A DNA stretch of 24,000 bases, taken from positions 4,816-28,815 of the forward strand of contig MNDM01000061.1 in the NCBI GenBank assembly GCA_001914955.1, written 5' to 3'. The position numbers and the translations under genes were made by a program. The DNA comes from Nitrospirae bacterium 13_2_20CM_2_62_8. Lineage in GTDB: Bacteria; Nitrospirota; Nitrospiria; Nitrospirales; Nitrospiraceae. Positions 14,285 to 22,059 of this stretch are shown piece after piece. How positions within the stretch are numbered: position 1 is the first letter of the stretch; every line of letters starts with the position of its first letter. The notes under the pieces were generated by a model. It searched no databases. It was not told the DNA's origin and saw only the letters and a list, made by a program, of their open reading frames with translations.

Positions 14285-15331
14285 ATGGGGTTGAGTTTGT
14301 TGGCCCGGAACAATCCCCTCGCCTCGACCGACGAGCAGAATCGAATCCTGGCGAGGACGGGCGCCTGTCCCCAGTTCGAGAAACGCATGGGCCAGTCCGG
14401 ACTGAACCCCCTCCATGCCACCGGCATCACCGTGTTTCAAATCAACGTCGGCAAACTCTGTAACCAGACCTGCCGGCATTGCCACGTGGACGCAGGCCCG
14501 GACCGCCAGGAGATCATGACGCGCGAGACAGCCGAGCTGTGCATCAAGGCCCTGGCCCAGACCGACATCCCGACTGTAGACATCACCGGTGGTGCGCCCG
14601 AGCTGAATCCCAACTTCCGGTGGCTGGTCGAGCAGTCACGGACCCTTGGCCGGCACGTGATGGACCGGTGCAACCTGTCCGTCCTGCTGCTGCCTTCGCA
14701 GGCCGATCTGGCCGAATTTTTGGCTCATCAGCGAGTCGAGGTGGTCGCCTCCCTGCCCTACTTCCGGTCCTCCCAGACCGACGCACAGCGGGGCGAAGGG
14801 GTGTTCGAGAAATCCATCGGGGCCCTTGAGCTCCTGAACAAGCTGGGGTACGGCGTGGAGGGGAGCGGCCTGATCCTGAACCTTGTGCAGAACCCGGTGG
14901 GCGCGTTCTTGCCCCCGAAGCAGGAGGCCATCGAAGCCCAATTCCGGAAAGAGCTGGCGCGGCAGCACGGCGTGGTCTTCAACCATCTCTACACGATCAC
15001 CAACATGCCGATCAGCCGGTTCCTGGAGTTCCTGGTCGAGAGCGGCAACTATGAGGGTTACATGGAGCGGCTCGCGAACGCCTTCAACCCGGCCGCGGCC
15101 GCCGGCGTCATGTGCCGTTACACGATTTCAATCGGCTGGGACGGCACGCTCTATGACTGCGACTTCAACCAGATGCTGGACCTGCCGCTCCGCCACGGGG
15201 CGCCACGGCATCTCCGCGACGTGAACCTGGCTCAGCTCGCTCAACTCCATACGCGCCAGATCGCCACCGGGAACCACTGTTACGGCTGCACCGCCGGCGC
15301 CGGATCATCTTGTGGAGGGGCGGTGACGTAA
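14285..15331 (+). CDS. arsS: Radical SAM / Cys-rich-domain protein of the ArsS type (arsenosugar biosynthesis)
   Basis: The CxxxCxxC motif is CNQTCRHC (Cys codons at 14459, 14471 and 14480). Also present are TGGAPELNP, MPISRFLEFL and the C-terminal Cys-rich signature WDGTLYDCDFNQ...HCYGCTAGAGSSCGG. It lies adjacent to arsM. Confidence 0.85.
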   Translation: MGLSLLARNNPLASTDEQNRILARTGACPQFEKRMGQSGLNPLHATGITVFQINVGKLCNQTCRHCHVDAGPDRQEIMTRETAELCIKALAQTDIPTVDITGGAPELNPNFRWLVEQSRTLGRHVMDRCNLSVLLLPSQADLAEFLAHQRVEVVASLPYFRSSQTDAQRGEGVFEKSIGALELLNKLGYGVEGSGLILNLVQNPVGAFLPPKQEAIEAQFRKELARQHGVVFNHLYTITNMPISRFLEFLVESGNYEGYMERLANAFNPAAAAGVMCRYTISIGWDGTLYDCDFNQMLDLPLRHGAPRHLRDVNLAQLAQLHTRQIATGNHCYGCTAGAGSSCGGAVT

Positions 15332-15373
15332 TCCCCTCGCACCTGCCTCTCCCCCTCTGGTGGAGCGGAGAAA

Positions 15374-16531
15374 GTGAGGAGGATTCGGCTTCTTTCTATG
15401 GATCTCTCCTTGTTTGCTGTCTGCCTCGTGCTGGCCCTGGCCTTTGCCAACGGCACCAATGATGTGTCCAAGGCCACCGCCACGCTGGTCGGCAGCGGGG
15501 TGACGAACTATCGTACCGCCATTGCCTGGGGCACGGCCTGGACCGTCGTCGGCGCCATTCTTTCGGGACTCGTGGCGACCGCGATGGTCCGCACCTTTAG
15601 CATCGGATTGATCCAGCCGGGTGCCGTCCTCTCCCCTGAATTAGCGGTGAGCGTGCTGGTTGGCGCAATGGCCTGGGTGCTCCTCGCGTCACGCTTCGGC
15701 CTCCCTGTGTCCACCACGCACGCGCTGGTGGGCGCTATCGTGGGCGCGGGGCTGGCTGCGTTGGGCAGTCGCGGTTTGATCTGGTCATCGATCAGCGCCA
15801 AGATTGCGCTGCCTTTACTTCTAAGTCCCTTTCTGGCTCTGCTTCTGTCCGTTCTGATTCACCCGGCAGTCCGTGCGGTCGCGATCCGTTGGGAAGGCTC
15901 CTGCCTCTGCTTGGCGCCGACCTATCGCGCGCTGATCACTGTGGATGCTCATGGAACAACCCGTACGCTGTTCCAGACAACCGCCTTCGGGCAACCAGTG
16001 GCCGACGTGCCGGCTCAGTGTGAACGCGCCGGCCTCCGAGGCCTCACCGTCGGTCTCGACACCATCCATTGGTTCTCCAGCGGCCTCGCCTCGCTGGCGC
16101 GCGGCACGAACGACACGCCGAAAATTGTGGCTCTCCTGCTGCTCGGAGGAACCCTGACTTCGTGGAACCATTCGACTGCTCAGGCCATCCTGTTCACCAG
16201 CGTGGCAGTGGCCATGGGCCTCGGCAGCTTCTTCGGCGGCCTGCGCGTGACCGAGGTCCTCGCCGAGAAGGTCACAAAGATGGACCACGCCGAAGGCCTA
16301 TCTGCTAACCTTACGACTTCCTCGCTGGTGCTGGTCTCCGCCACCCTCGGACTGCCTGTCTCAACCACCCACGTCAGCAGCTCGGCCATCATCGGCATTG
16401 GCCTCTTGAAGGGCATCAGGGCGGTTCGCTGGACAACCGTCAGGGATATGGTTCTGGCCTGGGTCATCACCCTACCGGCTTCCGGCTTGCTCGCCTGTCT
16501 CACCTACCTGCTTCTGACGATGCGCTCGTGA
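15374..16531 (+). CDS. PiT (PHO4) family anion transporter, divergent signature motifs
   Basis: It carries a duplicated PiT signature with variant residues: FANGTNDVSKATATLVG near the N-terminus and LARGTNDTPKIVALLLLG in the second half. VSTTHALVGAIVGAG and VSTTHVSSSAIIGIG are typical PiT helices. The start is either GTG 15374 or ATG 15398. Confidence 0.8.
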   Translation: MRRIRLLSMDLSLFAVCLVLALAFANGTNDVSKATATLVGSGVTNYRTAIAWGTAWTVVGAILSGLVATAMVRTFSIGLIQPGAVLSPELAVSVLVGAMAWVLLASRFGLPVSTTHALVGAIVGAGLAALGSRGLIWSSISAKIALPLLLSPFLALLLSVLIHPAVRAVAIRWEGSCLCLAPTYRALITVDAHGTTRTLFQTTAFGQPVADVPAQCERAGLRGLTVGLDTIHWFSSGLASLARGTNDTPKIVALLLLGGTLTSWNHSTAQAILFTSVAVAMGLGSFFGGLRVTEVLAEKVTKMDHAEGLSANLTTSSLVLVSATLGLPVSTTHVSSSAIIGIGLLKGIRAVRWTTVRDMVLAWVITLPASGLLACLTYLLLTMRS

Positions 16532-16605
16532 CCCTGCAGTAACACGGGCTGTTCCCTGCGCCCGTCCAGCAATCGCACTGATCTGTTCTAGGAAAGTAGC
16601 TTGAG

Positions 16606-17664
16606 ATGCGAGAACGGTGTGGAAAGAGCATGGCCGCCCTGCTCTTCGGCGCCATGCTGTTCGTGGGAGCCAAAAGCGGTGCACCGCCCACCGTACATGG
16701 TTTTGAGTGGGTTCCGTCCCCGGAAGAGATCCAGAAGTACCGGCGCAGTTGGAATCCGTTTTCGCACGGGCCGATCCTGAACACAGGCGTGGATATCCAG
16801 CCCAAGGGCCAGTATTTGATTCAGCCCTTCGTGTTCGGACAGGTAGGCCACGAGCAGTACGGCAACAAATTGACGACGGACTCGTCGGATGCTCAAACCC
16901 ACTTGAGAGCGGTGGCTCCCACTTTGATTTTTGCTTATGGTATTACGAATCACGTGGAGCTCAATGTCGCCCCCTCGTGGGTGTGGTTCGAGGCCAGCAA
17001 GGCGACTCCTTCAGGGGAACGAACCATCGACACTGACACAGGTCCCGGTGACACCACGATCTACCTGAAATACCGCCCCATCGTGCAGGACCCAGATACG
17101 TGGCGTCCCTCAATCACGCAGTACAACGGAATCACCCTCCCGACAAGCCAATGGTTCGGCACCACTCCGATCCCTGGCGGCTTCTCACCACTGGGACGCT
17201 TACCGGGAACCAAATTCGGTGGCCTTTCGTTTACTGAAGGGGTCCTGTTCCGCAAGAATCTTCAGCCATTCCGGTTGAACGGCGGCGTGTACTATACGTA
17301 TACGGCGCCCGGGAGCAACGCCGGCATGAACACCTACAATGGGGATATCGTTAACACCCGGTTCATTGTGGAATATATCGCCGATGACAAGCGGGGTCTC
17401 GGCTTCAACGCGGAGTTTCTCATGCTGAATGGCCTCCCATTTCGGCTGGACGGGCATGACGTGAACCTGAAGCCGACCAGCTTTAGTCTGATTGGAGTGG
17501 AGCCATCCATTCAGTATAAGTTCTTCCACGATGAAAAAGGCGCGTTGGTGGGAGCCGTGGGGGTGCTCTTTTCAATTATGGGGCAGAACGACGTCAACGC
17601 AATCTATCCCAACATTTCCCTCTACTATTATTGGAGCACAACAGGCAAGCCTCAGATGCGCTGA
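16606..17664 (+). CDS. Outer-membrane beta-barrel channel-like protein (resembles the MetA-pathway/transporter OMP family)
   Basis: It has a signal-like N-terminus MRERCGKSMAALLFGAMLFVGA, alternating beta-strand patterns rich in aromatic residues and Gly, and a DTGPGDTTIYLKY motif. The sequence near the C-terminus is aromatic-rich (ISLYYYWS). GC is lower, about 48-60% in the lines counted. Confidence 0.6.
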   Translation: MRERCGKSMAALLFGAMLFVGAKSGAPPTVHGFEWVPSPEEIQKYRRSWNPFSHGPILNTGVDIQPKGQYLIQPFVFGQVGHEQYGNKLTTDSSDAQTHLRAVAPTLIFAYGITNHVELNVAPSWVWFEASKATPSGERTIDTDTGPGDTTIYLKYRPIVQDPDTWRPSITQYNGITLPTSQWFGTTPIPGGFSPLGRLPGTKFGGLSFTEGVLFRKNLQPFRLNGGVYYTYTAPGSNAGMNTYNGDIVNTRFIVEYIADDKRGLGFNAEFLMLNGLPFRLDGHDVNLKPTSFSLIGVEPSIQYKFFHDEKGALVGAVGVLFSIMGQNDVNAIYPNISLYYYWSTTGKPQMR

Positions 17665-17710
17665 CGAACAGGGCACGGTCTGTCTTTCCTCCTTCTTCGC
17701 GGGCTGTCAG

Positions 17711-18553
17711 TTGAAAAGGTTCTTGTGGGTTGCGTGGCTCGGTGCCGTGTCGCTGACGCCGGCCGGCTGTAGCTGGTTGATGCCGTGGCCTGCTCGGTAC
17801 CTCGCGCAGGCCACTGGTTCTGCCACGCAGGAGCAGGTGGCCCAGCAGCTGGAACCCCCGCAGATCGAACGCTCGTTAGACGACGGGGAGACGGTGTGGG
17901 AATACCGCTACACGGGCGTGAGCAGCCCCATGCTGCTACCGATAACGGAAGTCTGGTGCGTGGAATATAGACTGGTCTTCGACCAGCAAACGGTGCTGCG
18001 TCATTGGCTGAGAAAGGACTGTAGTCAGCTCCTGGATATTAACTCAGCCTCGGCTGATGACTTGAAAACCTTACCTGGCATTCGCGTCGCCGATGTGAAC
18101 CGAATCATCGCAGGGCGCCCCTACTCCTCCAAGGATGAGCTTGTCCAAAGAGAGATTGTTCCGCAAGCCATCTGGGATGAGATCAAGCACGAGGAGCGGC
18201 GCCCCCAGTGTTTTGATCGGACCGGTCTGCGTGGCGGTCTGCGTGGCGATGTACTGACGGTTGGTCAGGTTTTCGGCATCAAAAAAGAGCCGCAGGGACT
18301 TCCCGATTCGCTTCTGCAAAGAGGCGTCCACTACCACAAAATCGGCGATGGGCTGCGTATTCAGATCATCGGCGAACTGTTTCGAGAGGTACCGCCCCAT
18401 CACGGTCAGTTGAATCCGGTCCGGATGACCCAGGGTGAGGCCAAGCGCGACCTGGTGCCGCGAGACGTTCGGGACCCGCAGCCCCTCTCGCGCGGGGACC
18501 GGCGGAAAACTGATGATGGTCGAGTTCGCATAGGCGTAGCCTGCGCTGAGTGA
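17711..18553 (+). CDS. Probable lipoprotein with a BamE (SmpA/OmlA)-like domain and a ComEA-type helix-hairpin-helix domain. The 3' end is not credible beyond about 18200.
   Basis: TTG 17711 gives (M)KRFLWVAWLGAVSLTPAGC, and no SD precedes it. QEQVAQQLEPPQIERSLDDGETVWEYRY...VEYRLVFDQQTVL follows the BamE-like pattern. LLDINSASADDLKTLPGIRVADVNRIIAGRPYSSKDELVQREIVPQAIWDEIK is an HhH (ComEA-like) domain. There is no in-frame stop until 18551-18553, deep inside the antisense of the TBDR gene. Confidence 0.5.
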   Translation: MKRFLWVAWLGAVSLTPAGCSWLMPWPARYLAQATGSATQEQVAQQLEPPQIERSLDDGETVWEYRYTGVSSPMLLPITEVWCVEYRLVFDQQTVLRHWLRKDCSQLLDINSASADDLKTLPGIRVADVNRIIAGRPYSSKDELVQREIVPQAIWDEIKHEERRPQCFDRTGLRGGLRGDVLTVGQVFGIKKEPQGLPDSLLQRGVHYHKIGDGLRIQIIGELFREVPPHHGQLNPVRMTQGEAKRDLVPRDVRDPQPLSRGDRRKTDDGRVRIGVACAE

Positions 18554-20206
18554 GAGGTGTTCAGAAGCCTGGAACTTCACGTCCACATCGGCGCCGATCG
18601 TGCTGGTCCGGCCTACGTTCTGGCGTCGGGCCGTCGAGGCATCTTGGGTAATGAACAGGATCTGATCCTTCACGGTCTCGTAATGGCCGGTTGCGCGGAA
18701 GGTCAGACGCCGGCGCTGGAGCAGCTCACCCTCTATCTTTGCCTCCCCTCCCGTCAATCGCTCCGGACTCAGCCTCTCGTTGGGCAAAAAGGAAAACCCG
18801 CCGAACGTGAAGCCCCGGTACAATTCGTTCAGCGTCGGGGCTCGAAATGCCTGGTAGACCGATGCTCCAATCCGGATGCTGTCCGTGACCCGATACTGCA
18901 TGCCGAGCTTCGGATTCAGCACGGTCACGACGTTGTCGGGCGGCTTGGTGAGGCTGCCCGTTTCGCTCACCACCACGCCATCGAAATTGTTCCACCAGTC
19001 CCATCGGAAGCTCGGGATCACCGTGACCCGGTCGGTCGGGGTGGCAATCCATTCGCCGAAGATACCCCAGCCAACCTGCTTGCCTCGGGCCAGAGTGCTC
19101 CCGATGGCCTGGCCTGACGCATCGAAAATCTCCTCCTCGGATTGTCCCACAATGGCCCGCACGTCGGTTCCGAGCACCACACGGTGTTGAGGACCGAGCG
19201 GAACCATCCACTGTCCCATCCCCCCGAAGTCGTTAGACGGGATAGTCTGCTCGCGGTCCCGGAACTCACTCAGCCGGACTCTCGGGTCCGGCGTCACCTG
19301 GGAGGTCAGGTTTCTGAACGTCTGCCACTGGGCAAACAGTCTGGTCTCCCACCGACCGCCTGCACCGGTGTCGGCCTCCAACCCGAGCCCCACGCTTCCG
19401 ATCGTCCGCGAAGCCTGGCTCAGCAGCGTTCCAAACGTGCGGTCCTCGCGGAAGAGCCTGCCGGTCACGGTGAGGGTCGTCCTGCGAGTGAGCGCGACGG
19501 CGAGTTGGCCGCTAAAATTTTCGTGTCGGGAGTCGTCAGTCCGGTCCACCGGCCCGCGCTGGTACGACGGAACCGGAATGAACCCGTTGCTGTGATACCA
19601 GCGATAGTCCAGGCTGAATCCGATCCGCTCGGCGCCATAGTGGGTAGTCAGCGACTGGTTGTAGGTGCTCAGGTTCCCGAGTCCGGTGGATGACCGAAAC
19701 CGGGGACCGAAGCCAGGTCGTTTCGTGAAAATGTGGATCACCCCGCCCATCGCCCAGGTTCCGTACAGGTTCGAGCCGCCCCCCGGCACCACTTCGATCC
19801 TGGCAAGGTCATCCGGCACGGTTCCCCAGTTGATCCAACCACCAAAGCCGTCATTGAGCGGTACGCCGTCCAGCAGGACCAATGCGCGACGGCTTCCCAA
19901 GCCGCGCAGGCTCACAGCCTGGGCGGTCGGGTGATTGTACCGACTGCTCAGGTTGCTGGGTTGCACGCCGGGCACATACCGAAGCAGGTCGTCCACTTGA
20001 TGCCCGCCTCGCAGCGGTGTCCGATCTATTTGATCGGCCGTCAGGAGGGTAGGGGCCGCCGGCACCTGGCTGAGCGGCTGATCGGTTCGCGTGGCGCTCA
20101 CCACCACGTCCCTGCTGAGCACGGTTGTGTCCGAGTCCCCCGCCCAGGCCTGTGGCGCAGCGAGGATGAGCAGACTGCTCACAACCCACCAGAGCCTGCC
20201 TCTCAT
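18071..20206 (-). CDS. TonB-dependent receptor (the last ~40 codons are antisense to the HhH domain and atypical)
   Basis: ATG at 20206 starts the signal peptide MRGRLWWVVSSLLILAAPQAWA. Plug motifs are DVVVSATRTDQPL, LRGLGSRRALVLLDGVPLND and RIEVVPGGGSNLYG. The barrel end motif is FFDAENLTNRQYIATQ...TLGAP. The ORF then continues to TAA at 18071-18073 without the usual terminal aromatic residue. Confidence 0.8.
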   Translation of the reverse strand: MRGRLWWVVSSLLILAAPQAWAGDSDTTVLSRDVVVSATRTDQPLSQVPAAPTLLTADQIDRTPLRGGHQVDDLLRYVPGVQPSNLSSRYNHPTAQAVSLRGLGSRRALVLLDGVPLNDGFGGWINWGTVPDDLARIEVVPGGGSNLYGTWAMGGVIHIFTKRPGFGPRFRSSTGLGNLSTYNQSLTTHYGAERIGFSLDYRWYHSNGFIPVPSYQRGPVDRTDDSRHENFSGQLAVALTRRTTLTVTGRLFREDRTFGTLLSQASRTIGSVGLGLEADTGAGGRWETRLFAQWQTFRNLTSQVTPDPRVRLSEFRDREQTIPSNDFGGMGQWMVPLGPQHRVVLGTDVRAIVGQSEEEIFDASGQAIGSTLARGKQVGWGIFGEWIATPTDRVTVIPSFRWDWWNNFDGVVVSETGSLTKPPDNVVTVLNPKLGMQYRVTDSIRIGASVYQAFRAPTLNELYRGFTFGGFSFLPNERLSPERLTGGEAKIEGELLQRRRLTFRATGHYETVKDQILFITQDASTARRQNVGRTSTIGADVDVKFQASEHLSLSAGYAYANSTIISFPPVPAREGLRVPNVSRHQVALGLTLGHPDRIQLTVMGRYLSKQFADDLNTQPIADFVVVDASLQKRIGKSLRLFFDAENLTNRQYIATQTATQTGPIKTLGAPLLVLDLIPDGLRNNLSLDKLILGGVGAPCDDSVHIGDANAR

Positions 20207-20257
20207 TCCGACGGAGCCCCCCCGCCTCCGGACGTGGAATTTTTTGCCGGACCGGCG

Positions 20258-20287
20258 ATTATAGTCCCCTACCACGCGCCCTTGTAA
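20258..20287 (-). promoter_or_regulatory. Candidate promoter of the TonB-dependent receptor gene
   Basis: On the minus strand there is a perfect TATAAT (20263-20258), with TTACAA (20287-20282) 18 nt upstream. This is about 50 nt before ATG 20206. Confidence 0.35.
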
Positions 20288-20316
20288 TCATCACCTGTTC
20301 GGGCTAGGCTATGCCG

Positions 20317-20351
20317 AAAGTAACGAGTGATGAGTTACGAGTGACGAGTTA
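20317..20351 (+). repeat. Tandem heptamer array (five units, core GAGTnA)
   Basis: Read directly: AAAGTAA CGAGTGA TGAGTTA CGAGTGA CGAGTTA. This is equally a 14-mer repeat, GTWACGAGTGAYGA, at about 2.5 copies. Confidence 0.75.
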
Positions 20352-20433
20352 AGACGACCTGCTGGCTGCCTGTGTCGCTGAGTTCGTCGCGCGCAACGGA
20401 GCGGCCCGAACGCTCAAGCAGCGGCTGGACGAC

Positions 20434-20937
20434 GTGGGGGTGGGGTTTTTCCCCCTTGCCGATCACCTGACCTTCCGGACGGACCACATCGACCGGCGCG
20501 CAGAGGAATTTCTCCGCTTGGGGTACCGCTTCTCCGAGACGCTCCAATACGAGGACTGGTTCGCGAAGGTGTATCGAAAGCCGGGCTATCCGGCCCTGTT
20601 CATCGACCAGGCCTATGAGGACGAGCGCGGCCGAACCAGCATCATCCCGGGATGGGTGGCCAAGTTCGGGGACCGCACGCTCCATCACATCGCGGTGCGA
20701 GTCGAAGACATCGAGCTGGCCATGGACCATCTCCAGCGCGCCGGCGTCCGGTTCGCCGGCCCGGTCGTTGGCGAGCGGGGCGGACCGCTGCGACAGGTCT
20801 TCACGGTTCCAGAGGATGTGAACGGAGTCGCCTTTTCCGTCGTCGAGCTGACGGAGCGGCATGAGGGATACCTGGGGTTCTCCCCGCCACAAGCCGACAG
20901 CCTCATGAAATCCACGGCGCGGAAAAGCGGAGCGTGA
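20434..20937 (+). CDS. VOC-superfamily (glyoxalase/dioxygenase-fold) protein, start uncertain
   Basis: Two beta-alpha-beta-beta-beta modules carry metal-ligand-type residues in DHLTFRT and HHIAVRVEDIELAMDHLQRAGVRF...LRQVFT...VVELTER. GTG 20434 is the first canonical start, but the frame is open and coding-like from 20353. Confidence 0.62.
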   Translation: MGVGFFPLADHLTFRTDHIDRRAEEFLRLGYRFSETLQYEDWFAKVYRKPGYPALFIDQAYEDERGRTSIIPGWVAKFGDRTLHHIAVRVEDIELAMDHLQRAGVRFAGPVVGERGGPLRQVFTVPEDVNGVAFSVVELTERHEGYLGFSPPQADSLMKSTARKSGA

Positions 20938-20947
20938 AAAGAGCCGG

Positions 20948-20976
20948 TTGCCCCGCTCGGTCAACTCTGCTATGGT
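20948..20976 (+). promoter_or_regulatory. Candidate sigma70-type promoter for hflKC
   Basis: TTGCCC (20948-20953), a 17-nt spacer, then TATGGT (20971-20976), ending 39 nt upstream of ATG 21016. It overlaps a CCCGCTC/GAGCGGG inverted repeat. Confidence 0.3.
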
Positions 20977-21015
20977 GAGCGGGCGCGGCGTCGGAGACGG
21001 GCAGGAGACGGACCA

Positions 21016-22059
21016 ATGGTGTGGGACCCGAAAGATCCCTGGAGCAAAAAACCCGATCCCATCGATGACGTGCTCCGGCAGGCCCAGATGCAATTGCGCC
21101 AGCTGCCGCTGCGCGGCATTCGCGCGCTGGTCATCGCGCTGGCCGCCGTGATCCTGGTCTGGCAGGGCACCTTCATCGTGGCGCCGGACGAGGAAGGCGT
21201 GGTCAAGCGGTTCGGCGACGTCGTCCGCAGCGCAGGCCCCGGTCCACACCTGAAAATCCCGTTTATCGAGACCGTGGAACGGCCCAAAGTGGAAAAACTG
21301 CATCGTATCGAAGTGGGCTTCCGCACGGACCGGCAAGGGCGCCAGCAGATGCTGCCGAAGGAAGCCCTGATGCTGACCGGGGACGAGAACATTTTGGCGG
21401 TCGAGTTCATCGTTCAATACAAGATCAAGAACGCGAAGGATTACCTGTTTCGGGTGGACGAGATTGAGGAGACGATCGGGAAGGCGGCCGAAGCGTCCAT
21501 GCGCGAGGTGGTCGGGAAAAGCAAGATCGACGAGGCCCTCACCGCAGGCAAGGCGCAGATCCAGCAGGACACCCAGACGCTGCTTCAGCGCATCTTGGAC
21601 CAATATCAGGCAGGCGTGCAGGTGGCGGCGGTCCAGTTGCAGGACGTGGACCCACCGGAGGCGGTCGTGGCAGCCTTCAAGGATGTGGCCAGCGCCAAAG
21701 AGGATCGTGAGAAGCTGATCAACCAGGCTCAGGGCTACCGCAACGACATCATTCCCAAGGCCAAGGGAGAGGCCGCGCAAGTGGTGAACCAGGCCAAGGG
21801 GAATGCGCAGGCGCGGGTGGCGCGGGCCGAGGGAGAAGCCGCTCGTTTCGTGAAGACGCTCAAGGAGTATGAGCAGGCCAAGGAGATCATCAGCAAGCGC
21901 ATCTATATTGAAACGATGGAGTCGGTGATGGCAGGCGTCGAGAAGGTGATCATCGACGGTAAGGCCGCCGAGCGCTTGCTCCCCTACCTCCCCCTCGATC
22001 GCCTGCACAAGCCGGCAACGCCCCCCGCGACCCCTGATGAGAAGAGGCCCTCGCCATGA
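21016..22059 (+). CDS. hflK: FtsH protease modulator HflK (SPFH/band-7)
   Basis: AGGAGA SD. The order is N-terminal DPW...PD..DDVLR, a TM segment (IRALVIALAAVILVW), FIVAPDEEGVVKRFG, then an SPFH core and an Ala/Glu/Lys-rich coiled-coil tail. Its stop overlaps the hflC start (ATGA 22056-22059). Confidence 0.9.
   Translation: MVWDPKDPWSKKPDPIDDVLRQAQMQLRQLPLRGIRALVIALAAVILVWQGTFIVAPDEEGVVKRFGDVVRSAGPGPHLKIPFIETVERPKVEKLHRIEVGFRTDRQGRQQMLPKEALMLTGDENILAVEFIVQYKIKNAKDYLFRVDEIEETIGKAAEASMREVVGKSKIDEALTAGKAQIQQDTQTLLQRILDQYQAGVQVAAVQLQDVDPPEAVVAAFKDVASAKEDREKLINQAQGYRNDIIPKAKGEAAQVVNQAKGNAQARVARAEGEAARFVKTLKEYEQAKEIISKRIYIETMESVMAGVEKVIIDGKAAERLLPYLPLDRLHKPATPPATPDEKRPSP

Noticed and set aside
17492-17710. 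The first 73 codons of track ORF 17492-18553, which overlap the end of the outer-membrane protein gene.
   Set aside because: This is a different frame from the well-supported OMP gene. The lipoprotein-like signal peptide begins only at TTG 17711, so the upstream part is read-through of an open frame.
20335-22008. A 557-aa ORF on the minus strand, the longest non-annotated ORF in the track.
   Set aside because: It is entirely antisense to the VOC gene and hflK, both of which have clear family motifs. Its sequence is low-complexity and rich in Leu, Arg, His, Asp and Gly, typical of antisense frames in high-GC DNA. It has no SD or recognisable domain.
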